A stretch of DNA of 64,000 bases from assembly GCA_963770875.1 (NCBI GenBank), contig CAVYRE010000006.1, positions 27,836-91,835 of the forward strand. The letters are read 5' to 3'. The DNA comes from an uncultured Chloroflexia bacterium. GTDB taxonomy: Bacteria > Chloroflexota > Limnocylindria > QHBO01. Made by a program: the position numbers and the translations under genes. Each line of letters begins with the position of its first letter. The first letter of the stretch is position 1. The notes under the pieces are model-generated. The model ran no database searches. It had not been told where the DNA came from and saw only the letters and a list, made by a program, of their open reading frames with translations. Shown here piece by piece: positions 25,042 to 33,374 of the stretch.

Positions 25042-26265
25042 CGCAGCGCGCCAACCCCTTTGGCGCGCTGAGCGAGCCGCAATTCCGGCTGCTCTGGATC
25101 GGCCAGACCACGTCGCTGGCCGGCGACGCGCTGATACCAGTGGCGATCGCTTTTGCCGTGCTGGGGATCGGCACGGCGACCGACCTTGGCATCGTCTTCG
25201 CTTCGTTCAGCGTCGCGCACGTCGCCCTGGTGCTGGCCGGCGGGGTGGTGGCCGACCGGCTCCCGCGACAGCTGGTCATGGTCGTCTGCGACCTGGTCCG
25301 ATGCGTCGGCGAGGTGGTGCTGGCCGTGCTGCTGATCACCCACAACGCCCAGGTCTGGCACCTCGCGGTGGGCGCCGCGGTGATCGGCGGCGCGAGCGCC
25401 TTCTTCCTGCCGGCAGCCAGCGGGCTGCTGCCGCAGACCGTCAGCGCGGGACGCCTGCAGCAGGCCAATGCCCTGATGAGCCTCTCGCGCAGCGCGACCG
25501 GGATCTTCGGACCGGCGCTCGCCGGGCTGCTGATCCTTGCCGTGGGAACCGGGTTCATCCTGCTGATCGACGCCGCCACCTTCGTGGTGAGCGCGCTGTC
25601 CCTCCTGGCGCTGCGGCCTGCCCCCACCGAGGCCAGGCCCAGCGAGCAGCACTTCTTCGCCGACCTGGCGGCCGGCTGGCGCGAGGTCGTCTCGCGCCGC
25701 TGGATCCTGGCGGCGATCTGCGCCTTTGCCATCTCCAACATGGCCGGCTCGTCGTTCTTCATCCTCGGGCGCGGTGATCGCCAACACCAAGCTGGGCGGG
25801 GCCGGGGCGTGGGGCCTCATCCTCACCGGCGGCGCCATCGGCGGCCTGCTCGGCGGCCTGCTGGCCCTCCGCCTGCGTCCGAGCCGCCCGCTCCTCATCG
25901 GGTTCGTGCTGACCAGCGCAGAGGCGCTGCCGCTTCTTGCCCTGCTCGGTCCGGCCCCGATCCTGGTGATCGCGGCGGCGTCGTTCGTGTCGGTGGCCTG
26001 CATGGAGCTCGCCAACACGTGGTGGTTCACGATGCTCCAGCAGCACGTCCCGGAGCACGCTCGCTCGCGGGTGAGCAGCTACGACTGGCTCGTCTCCCTC
26101 ATCTTCCAGCCGCTCGGGTCGCTGGCGGCCGGCCCGCTGGCGTTGACGATCGGCTTCCCGGCGACCCTGCTCGGGGCGGCCGGCCTCGCCATCGGCGGCA
26201 ACTTCGGGGTACTCCTGGTGCGCGACGTGCGCGAGGTGCGCTGGGTCGAGGAGGCTCCCGCCTAG
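25038..26265 (+). pseudogene. MFS transporter (EntS/DUF894-like); one frame break near 25770
   Basis: FRLLWIGQTTSLAGDALIPVAIAF... continues in ORF 25726-26265. ATGA overlap with the GNAT stop. Confidence 0.75.
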
Positions 26266-27164
26266 CCCTGCGCGAGAGCCGCGAGCACGGGCAGGTGCTC
26301 GGTCGTGCCGTCGGGACCCACCGGAATGACCGCCACGTGGTCGGCGCCGGCGGCGGTCAGCTGCCCCACCCGCGCGCGGAGCGCACCGACGTCGCCCCAC
26401 GCCACCATCGCGTCGACGAGCCGGTCGCTGGCCGGCCGCTCCCAATCGGCCTCGCTGAAGCCCTGGGCGAGCCAGCAGGCCTGGTATGCGGGGGTGCGCA
26501 GGTACGGGGCGAGGTACCCGCGGGCCGCCGTGCGTGCCGGCTCCGGATCGGATTCGAGGACCGCCGGCATGCTCACCGCCAGCGTCGGGCGCGCGCCGGC
26601 GGGAGCGGCCGCGTCGAGCACGCCGCGCGTCCAGGCCACGCGCTCGGGCGTGACGAGGTACGGGAATGCGCCATCGGCATCGGTCGCGGCCAGGCCCAGC
26701 ATCCGCTCCCGGAGCGCCGCAATCGAGCACCGGCGGCTCAGAGGCGCCCTCGACCATCGGTCCTCGATAGATGGCGGCCCGGTACGCGGCCAGGAACTCG
26801 CGCATGCGGGTCAGAGGCCGCTCGAAGGTGTGGCCGCGCAGCTTCTGGGCGAGGTGGGGGTGCGACACGCCGAGCCCCAGCACGAAGCGGCCTCCGGTCG
26901 CCTCCTGGAGCGTCATCGCCGCCATCCGCGTCGTCTGGGCGTCGTGTCCCCAGATGCTCACGATGCTGGTGCCGATGCGGACCTCGCGCGTCTCGGCGGC
27001 AAGCAGGCCAAGGAGCGTGAATGGTTCGCGTCCCACGGTCTCGGGCACCCAGAGCGTGCCGTAGCCGAGCTCGTCGACGCGTCGCGCATAGGCGCGTGCC
27101 GCGTCGATCGTGCAGGGTAGTCGAGGTGTCCCCAGGCTCCCAGCCGACCGAGGTCGACGCTCAT
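26262..27164 (-). pseudogene. LLM-class (luciferase-like) F420-dependent oxidoreductase; two frame breaks
   Basis: MSVDLGRLGAWGHLD (ORF 26958-27164), then ARRVDELGYGTLWVPETVGREPFT...GLGVSHPHL (frame of 25759-27414), then C-terminus YLRTPAYQACWLAQGF... (ORF 26262-26702). Confidence 0.7.
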
Positions 27165-27938
27165 CGGCGCCGATGCTCTCGAAGCGGTAGCGCAGGAAGA
27201 GCTCGTCGCCGGACCGATGGACGCTCACCAGCGTCCCCTCGCGCGGATGGTCGGCCCAGGGGGAGCCGCCGGGAATCGGTGCGATCATCGGCAGGGCGCC
27301 GGTGCCCAGCAGCCGCGCGCCGATCGTCCAGTACAGCTCGTCGATGCAGCCCTGCCTCCAGGAACGCGCCGTTCGTGGTCGGGCCGCCCTCGAGGAGGAG
27401 CGAGCCGATCCCACGCTCGGTGAGCCGAGCCATGAGCCAGGCGGGCTGGGGTCTCGCGGTCGGGCGCCACCAGGATCTCGGTCCCCGGCGGCTGGTCGGG
27501 ACGCGGCGCCTGCGCACCCAGCACCAGGATCCGTCGCTGGTCGGCGTGGCCGAACCAGCGGCGATCGGTCGGCACGGCGCCACTGCCCCCGATCACGACG
27601 GCGATCGGCTGCGGGGATCGCCCCGCGGCCACCCGTCGAGCGGCCAGGTCGGCCGGCAGGTGCGAGTAGAAGTCGTCGGCGCGGAGCGTGCCGATACCGC
27701 TCCCCACCGCGTCGTAGGCGACGCGGTAGAGCTGGAGCAGCCGGCGATCGGCGCGACCGGAGAGGCCCTCCGCGCGACCGGCGAGCTGCGCCCGGCCGTC
27801 GATGCTGGTGACCATGTTCACGCCGACCAGCGGCCGTCCCGCCGGCGAGGATGGCAGGGCAAGGTCGGCGAGGGCCTCGTCGAGGTCGAGGTCGGCGGCG
27901 GGATCGGGCCAGAGGCGGTCGACGCGGAAGTCGGGCAT
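27161..27938 (-). pseudogene. RibD C-terminal domain / dihydrofolate-reductase-like reductase; two frame breaks, exact 3' end unclear
   Basis: LVGVNMVTSIDGRAQLAGRAEGLSGRADRRLLQ..., then GIGSLLLEGGPTTNGAFLEAGL, then IDELYWTIGARLLG...ELFLRYRF, spread over three frames. Confidence 0.65.
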
Positions 27939-27961
27939 GGGCGATGGTACCCGCCCATCGG

Positions 27962-28216
27962 TCAGTCGAAGATGCGCTCCAGGTGCCAGGTGCCGCGCAT
28001 CTCGTCGAGGTAGACGGTGCAGAGCAGCCCGTCGCGCGTGACGAGCTTGAAGTAGGCGCGCGCGGTCGGCTCGCGCCACCAGTCGTCGTCGACCCGCCAG
28101 CGGTTGCAGATCCCCACCTCGCCGTGCGTCTCGCCGTCGAGGCGCAGGCGGAGCGGGGTGCCGTCGGGATCGGTCTCGACCTGGATGAGGGGATGGTCGA
28201 GGTAGAGGCGCGTCAC
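27962..28216 (-). CDS. Small conserved-looking protein (84 aa) translationally coupled to imuB; function unknown (possibly DUF6504-like)
   Basis: MTRLYLDHPLIQVETDPDGTPLRLRLDGETHGEVGICNRWRVDDDWWREP...WHLERIFD. Its GTG start overlaps the frame-corrected imuB stop as GTGA. Confidence 0.6.
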   Translation of the reverse strand: MTRLYLDHPLIQVETDPDGTPLRLRLDGETHGEVGICNRWRVDDDWWREPTARAYFKLVTRDGLLCTVYLDEMRGTWHLERIFD

Positions 28217-29252
28217 AGCTCCACCAGCCTGGCCCGATGCTCAGGGAGCGACGCGGCCGGCCGATCGTGGCTGGCCCGCCAGAGGCGGCCCTCCCCGAAG
28301 CGCATCGTCAGCCGTTCCAGCGACCAGCGCAGCTCCTCCCAGCGCCCGACCCGCGCCTCGAAGGCGGGCAGCTGCCTGGTTGCCGGGTCCGCCAGGTGGT
28401 CGAAGGCAAGGCCGATCCCGATGATGCGTGGCTCTTCCTCCGCGCTGCTGCCTCGCGCGGCTGGCCTGCTCGAGGCGACCGATCAGGAGGCGTGCGATCC
28501 AGTCCGGCTCGAGGGTCGGTTCGGGGAGCGCCAGCTCCAAGGTGAGTGAGGGCGCGTCTTCGAGTCTCAGGGCGAGGCGCGCTCGGCCGGGCGCCAGGTG
28601 GCGGGCGCGCAGCGCGTCGCACAGCTCGGCCACGAGGCGGCGCAGGGAGAGGGCGATCTCGGTGGTCCCCTGCGCCGGCGGCTCGAAGGCGGCGTTGACG
28701 TTCAGCCGCTCCGGGCGGCGGCGCGGGATCAGTGGCCGCGGGTCGTGGCCGCGGGCGAGCGGCTGGAGTCGTTCGCCGGGCAGCCCGAACTGGGCGCCGA
28801 CCGCGGACCGCGGGAGCGCGGCCAGCTGCCCCATGCTGGTCAGCCCGAAGAGGGCGAATCTCGCGCGCGTCTCCGGGTCGGCGGGGAGCAGGTCCAGGGA
28901 GAGTGGGGGCAGCTCCCCGGCACCGAGCACGCGGAAGGCGGCCGGCGCGTCGGGTCGGGTGGGGCGCGCCAGGCGCGCGGCCAGGACCGCCAGCCAGCGG
29001 TTGTCCCCGACTCCCGCCTTGCACGGTGAGCGGGGCCACCCCGCGCGCCAGCGCCACCGCCCGCGCCGCGATCCGGCGCTCCTCGCCGAGCAGCGGCCCC
29101 AGGCCCGTGATGTCGAGCAGCGCCACTCCCCGATCAACCGCCTCGATCCTCGGGGAGAGGTCGTCGAGGCGATCCAGCATGGCGTCGAAGGTGGCCTGGT
29201 CCGCGTCCGCCGCACGCAGCGCCGGCCAGACGAGCGCGAGGAGGCGCGTCAC
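28213..29252 (-). pseudogene. imuB: ImuB, the catalytically inactive Y-family polymerase-like mutasome subunit; two frame breaks
   Basis: LLALVWPALRA...LSPRIEAVDRGVALLDITGLGPLLG; LFGLTSMGQLAALP (HhH region); corrected C-terminus ...RWSLERLTMRFGEGRLWRA. The start is uncertain (GTG 29252 or 29288). Confidence 0.75.
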
Positions 29253-29271
29253 GCGGACAGCCCCCGTTCTC

Positions 29272-29421
29272 GTGTGCGCTGAGCGCACGTAACGGCCAAG
29301 TAGCCTCGGCCGCTACGGCCCAGACGGCCCTCTTCTTGGCCAGTCATGTGCGCTGGGTGCACAAGCAGCCAAGTTGGGCCGACAAGCGCCTCTTCTTGGC
29401 CGTTACGTGCGCTGGGCGCAA
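29272..29421. repeat. Three copies (one inverted, two direct) of a roughly 30-bp element with a GTGCGC-TGR-GCGCAC palindromic core, in the imuA-imuB spacer
   Basis: 29272-29303 is the reverse complement of 29388-29421, with a 19-nt exact match cttggccgttacgtgcgct. 29328-29362 shares cctcttcttggcc and gtgcgctggg with the third copy. Confidence 0.7.
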
Positions 29422-29442
29422 ATCGCCGCGCATCGCGGAGCC

Positions 29443-30231
29443 TCAGGCGGAGATGACGCGCAGGGCGGGCTGCTGCTCGACCGCCTCGCCGGGGACCTCG
29501 CGCGGAGCGGCGGCGGAGCGCAGGAGCGGGTCGATCCGGCGTCCCTCCCCGAACCACAGGTCCAGCTCGGCGTGGCCGCCGGCCAGCGCCCAGCGGTGGC
29601 GCGTCACGGTCGCCTCGACCCGCTGCCCGACCAGGTCCTGCCCCACCGCCAGCCAGGCGCGGCGGGCCAGCGCCACGCGAACCCCGGCCACGCGGGCCGC
29701 CGCCTCGCGACCAGCAGCCCCCGCGAGGAGCAGGCCCGTGCCGCCGGCGCGCAGCAGCAGGTCGGCGAGGCGGTCGAGGCCGCGGGGCGGCGGGGCATCG
29801 GCGAGGTCCAGGACGAGGAGGTCGATGAGGCGGGTGCGGGCCAGCCAGCCGGCCAGCTCGACCGCCTCGGCGGGGTCGGCGGGGCGAACGACCAGCAGCC
29901 ACTCCAGCGCGACGCCGAGCCGGGCCGCGGTCGCCGGGTCGAAGCGGCCCGCCGGATCGAGCCAGGCGACCAGCCCACCATCGGCCTGGCAGGCGGCGAG
30001 GGATCCGAGCGCCAGGCTGGTGGCGCCGCCGCCGGTCGGGGCATCGAGCAGGGCCAGGGCGCCGCGCGGCCAGCCGCCGCTGCGCAGCGCCGCGTCGAGC
30101 GACGGATGCCCGGTGGGAAGGGGGTCGGCGGCGACCATCGGGCCAGGGTCCGTGCCCTGCCGCAGACCATGCGAGCGCAGCGCTTCGAGGAGCTCGGGAA
30201 GGGGTCGGACGGGCCGGGCGGCATCGGTCAT
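29443..30231 (-). CDS. imuA: ImuA-like RecA-fold SOS mutagenesis protein with a degenerate P-loop
   Basis: PTGHPSLDAALRSGGWPRGALALLDAPTGGGATSLAL...VAWLDPAGRFDP shows RecA/SulA-like architecture. The Walker A lysine is absent (GGGATS). Confidence 0.75.
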   Translation of the reverse strand: MTDAARPVRPLPELLEALRSHGLRQGTDPGPMVAADPLPTGHPSLDAALRSGGWPRGALALLDAPTGGGATSLALGSLAACQADGGLVAWLDPAGRFDPATAARLGVALEWLLVVRPADPAEAVELAGWLARTRLIDLLVLDLADAPPPRGLDRLADLLLRAGGTGLLLAGAAGREAAARVAGVRVALARRAWLAVGQDLVGQRVEATVTRHRWALAGGHAELDLWFGEGRRIDPLLRSAAAPREVPGEAVEQQPALRVISA

Positions 30232-30245
30232 GGCCCAACCGATGA

Positions 30246-30261
30246 TAGAACAGATGTTCTA
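30246..30261. promoter_or_regulatory. LexA (SOS) box upstream of imuA
   Basis: TAGAACAGATGTTCTA lies 15 nt upstream of the imuA start. The extended match TGATAGAACrrATGTTCTA is shared with the dnaE2 box. Confidence 0.8.
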
Positions 30262-30264
30262 GTT

Positions 30265-30294
30265 TGTGAAGCCCCCAAAGGGCGCTGATATACT
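30265..30294 (+). promoter_or_regulatory. Putative sigma-70-type promoter of tRNA-Ala(CGC)
   Basis: TTGTGA, 18 nt spacer, TATACT. The -10 ends 12 nt before the mature tRNA 5' end. It abuts the LexA box. Confidence 0.45.
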
Positions 30295-30306
30295 GCCTCG
30301 GCCCGT

Positions 30307-30382
30307 GGGGATGTAGCTCAGCCGGGAGAGCACTGCGTTCGCATCGCAGGGGTCAGGGGTTCGAGTCCCCTCATCTCCACCA
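30307..30382 (+). tRNA. tRNA-Ala (anticodon CGC)
   Basis: 76-nt cloverleaf folded by eye: acceptor GGGGATG/CATCTCC with G3:U70, anticodon loop TTCGCAT, T-loop GGTTCGAGTCC, encoded CCA. Confidence 0.9.
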
Positions 30383-30405
30383 CTTCTTCCCGCTGATAGC
30401 CGCGC

Positions 30406-31750
30406 TTAATTCCCGCTGCGCGGCCTATACAACTCGGCGCTTGCCAGCATGCCGGTCGGAGCGCTACCACCCGCCATCAGCACGCTGCCATCGTCAAGCA
30501 ACGTGGCTGTGTGATCGGTGCGCCCCTCAAGCATGCTCGCGGTGGCACTCCAGGATCCAGTCCTGGCGTCGTAGAGCTCCTCGCCACCGCTGCCGCCGCT
30601 GCTTCCCCCACCTGCCACCAGCACGCTGCCGTCGTCAAGCAGCGTCGCGGTGCCTCCGAGGTGTTCGCCGTTCATGCTCTCAGCCGCTGTCCATGACCCG
30701 GTGCTGGGGTCGTACAGCTCTGCTGTGCCCTCCGGACCGCTGCCGCTGCTGCCACCCAACACCAGCACCCTGCCGTCGGGCAGCAGCGTGGCGGTGTGCC
30801 CGGCGTGGTCCCCGATCATCTTCCCGGTGGCGGTCCACGAACCGGTGCTCGGGTCGTACAGCTCGGCTGACGGGAGCTGAGGGCCGCTGCTGCCGTTGCC
30901 ACCGGCCACCAGCACCCTGCCATCCGGCAGCAGTGTGGCCGTGTGTTCGGCGCGGGCCTCCATCATGGTCCCGGTGACGGTCCAGGTCCCGGTGGCGGGG
31001 TCGTACAGCTCGGCGGTGGCCAGGGTGGGGCTGCCACTGCCTCCACTGCCGCCTGCCACGAGCACCTTGCCGTTGGCCAGCAGGGTGGCGGTATGGTGGG
31101 CGCGCGCCTCGATCATGGATCCCGTTGCGATCCATGAGCCACTGGCGGGGTCGTACAGCTCGGCGGTGGCCAGCGCATTGACGCTGGTTTCACTGATGCT
31201 GTCCGCACCACCCGCCACGAGCACCTTGCCATCAGCAAGGAGCGTGGCGGTGTGAAGGATGCGGACCCCAGTCATGCTCCCGGTGGCGGTCCACGATCGA
31301 CTGGTGGGGTCGTACAGCTCCGTGGTTGCCAGAAGCGCGCTCAGGCCGGTTCCGCCGCCGCCCACCACCAGTACCCTGCCATCGGATAGCAGCGTGGCGG
31401 TGCTGGTTGGCGCGGGTCTCGATCATGGTCCCAGTTACGGTCCAGGATGCCGGCACCTGTACGACCGGACTTGCCGAGGCCGCCGTTGACTCCCGCGCCG
31501 ACGAGGAAGGATTCACGGATGAGGGACTCGCCGACGCATCAACGGTCACTGGCAGCTTGACGAGGCCGGACCCAACCAGGACCGCTCCGCCGACGGCCAG
31601 TGCCAGCAGCAGGGTGACGGCAATCAGGACCCAGGCCCCCCTCCGGCGGGTGGTCGGCGCTGCGGCCATAGCTCGCTCCTGGATCTCATACCAGAGGTCG
31701 GGCGCCGACGCTGAGTCGAGCGCCTTGAAACGGCCGTGCAGATCGGTCAT
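30406..31750 (-). pseudogene. Anti-sigma-like single-pass membrane protein with an extracytoplasmic Kelch beta-propeller; one frame break near 31390
   Basis: N-terminus MTDLHGRFKALD..., TM segment WVLIAVTLLLALAVGGAVLV, then at least 6 repeats of ELYDPxTGSWTATGxM...HTATLLxDGxVLVxGG. ATGA overlap with the sigma-factor stop. Confidence 0.75.
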
Positions 31751-32274
31751 CGCTCATCACCCAGCAGGACGCGAAGGCGCTTCCGACCTCGGCTCAGGTG
31801 AGCGCGGACCGCAAGCGGATTGATGCCGGTGCGGCGCGCGATCTCGCGCACCGGGCAGTCGGCGTAGTAGTGCAGCACGATCACCGCGCGCTGCTGCGGG
31901 GTCAGCCCCGCGAGTGCGTCGAGCAGCTGATGATCGGGGTGCGCATCGTGAACCGCGCCGTCAGGCACCGGTCCACGGGAGAGGCCGGATCGGCGCTTGA
32001 GGTCACCCTTGGCGAGGCGAAAGGCAGAGCGCCACACCCACGCCTGCACGTCGCGGATCGCCGAGCCGCGGCGCAAGGCCTGTGCGAACGCCTCGGCGAC
32101 GGCGTCGGAGGCCACGTTCTCGTCCCCGGCGAAGGCATAGAGCGCGCGCCACAGGCGATCGCCGTCCTGCCGGTAGACAGCCTCGACCGCTTCGGATGCC
32201 GCAATGTGAGCCACGAGCGTCGCCACTATGCCGTACAGGGACCGATCGGGCGCGAAAGGTGACACACCCGCCAT
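31747..32274 (-). CDS. ECF (sigma-70 family) RNA polymerase sigma factor
   Basis: Region 2 AEAFAQALRR...AWVWRSAFRLAKGDLKRR and region 4 LTPQQRAVIVLHYYADCPVREIARRTGINPLAVRAHLSRGRKRL. Start taken at the ATG at 32274. Confidence 0.8.
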   Translation of the reverse strand: MAGVSPFAPDRSLYGIVATLVAHIAASEAVEAVYRQDGDRLWRALYAFAGDENVASDAVAEAFAQALRRGSAIRDVQAWVWRSAFRLAKGDLKRRSGLSRGPVPDGAVHDAHPDHQLLDALAGLTPQQRAVIVLHYYADCPVREIARRTGINPLAVRAHLSRGRKRLRVLLGDER

Positions 32275-32332
32275 CGACCGCTCGCGGGATGCCCGCACCC
32301 CGGTTTGCAGGCCGGGCCGACAATAGGTCTGC

Positions 32333-33203
32333 ATGGCAAGGCCAAAGGGTGACAAGGCGCAGGACTCCACGCGGCTGGCGGGCGTCTGGCCCGATCCGCC
32401 CGTCGATGAGGCGGGCTCCTCCGCGAGGAGCATCCCCAACAAGGTGTACCTGCGCGAGCTGTCGAAGCTCCAGATCGAGCTTGTCAAGCTCCAGGAGTGG
32501 ATCAAGCACGCTGGGCTGAAGGTCGTCGTCGTCTTCGAGGGGCGGGACGCGGCCGGCAAGGGTGGGGCGATCAAGACCATCATGCTGCGCCTCAACCCGC
32601 GCTTCGCACGCATCGCCGCCCTCGCCGCCCCGACGGAGCGGGAGCGGACGCGAGTGGTATTTCCAGCGCTACGTCGCGCACCTGCCGAGCGCCGGCGAGA
32701 TGGTCCTCTTCGATCGCAGCTGGTACAACCGGGCGGGCGTCGAGCGGGTGATGGGCTTCTGCACCGAGGAGGAGTACCAGGAGTTCCTGCGCTCGTGCCC
32801 GGAATTCGAACGGATGCTGATCCGCTCGGGAATCATCCTGGTCAAGTACTGGTTCAGCGTCAGCGACGAGGAGCAGGAGCGCCGCTTCCAGAGCCGCATC
32901 GAGGATCCCAGCAAGCGCTGGAAGCTGAGCCCCATGGACCTCGCGTCCCGGACACGCTGGGTGGAGTACTCGAAGGCGAAGGACGAGATGTTCGCCCACA
33001 CCGACATCAAGCAGGCGCCGTGGCACGTCGTCAATGCCGACAACAAGAAGCGGGCGCGGCTGAACGTGATCCACCACCTGCTCAGCCTGATCCCGTACGA
33101 GGACCTGACGCCGGAGCCGATCGTGCTGCCGCCGCGGGAGCCCGATACCGGCTACATCCGCCCGCCGATCAGCGACCAGACCTTCGTCCCGGAAGTCTAC
33201 TAG
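32333..33203 (+). pseudogene. ppk2: Polyphosphate kinase 2 (single PPK2 domain); one frame break near 32650
   Basis: VVVFEGRDAAGKGGAIK (Walker A), then WYFQRYVAHLPSAGEMVLFDRSWYNRAGVERVMGF in ORF 32562-33203. Confidence 0.85.
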
Positions 33204-33374
33204 AGCAGCGCCAGGCCGTACCGATGGCGAAGGTCCCCGTACCAACGCCGCCGGAGACCGGCCGTTCGTTGCGTTCCGCTGGTACTCCAGCTGGGCAACA
33301 CTTTCGGCTGGGCGTGGCGCCGTCGTGGATTCTGCACCCTAGCGAGCTCTCAGACGCACGAGCGATCCTCAAGG

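Noticed and set aside
29344-29433. A 29-codon minus-strand ORF (MRGDLRPAHVTAKKRRLSAQLGCLCTQRT) in the imuA-imuB spacer.
   Set aside because: It is built entirely from the repeat copies, has no RBS and cannot be supported as coding. It is treated as part of the repeat region.
29336-30288. Two roughly 305-aa plus-strand ORFs covering the imuA region.
   Set aside because: They are antisense shadows of imuA with no motifs and Arg/Ala-rich composition. The minus-strand RecA-fold reading explains the region.
30232-30405. tRNA-Ala genes as possible integration sites of a genomic island or prophage (also at 61635-61710).
   Set aside because: No integrase, recombinase, transposase or direct repeat of the tRNA 3' end was seen nearby. 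Flanking genes look chromosomal.
30406-31400. Roughly 144-nt periodicity in the DNA, considered as a possible satellite or tandem repeat locus.
   Set aside because: The period corresponds to about 48-aa Kelch blades of a single coding sequence.
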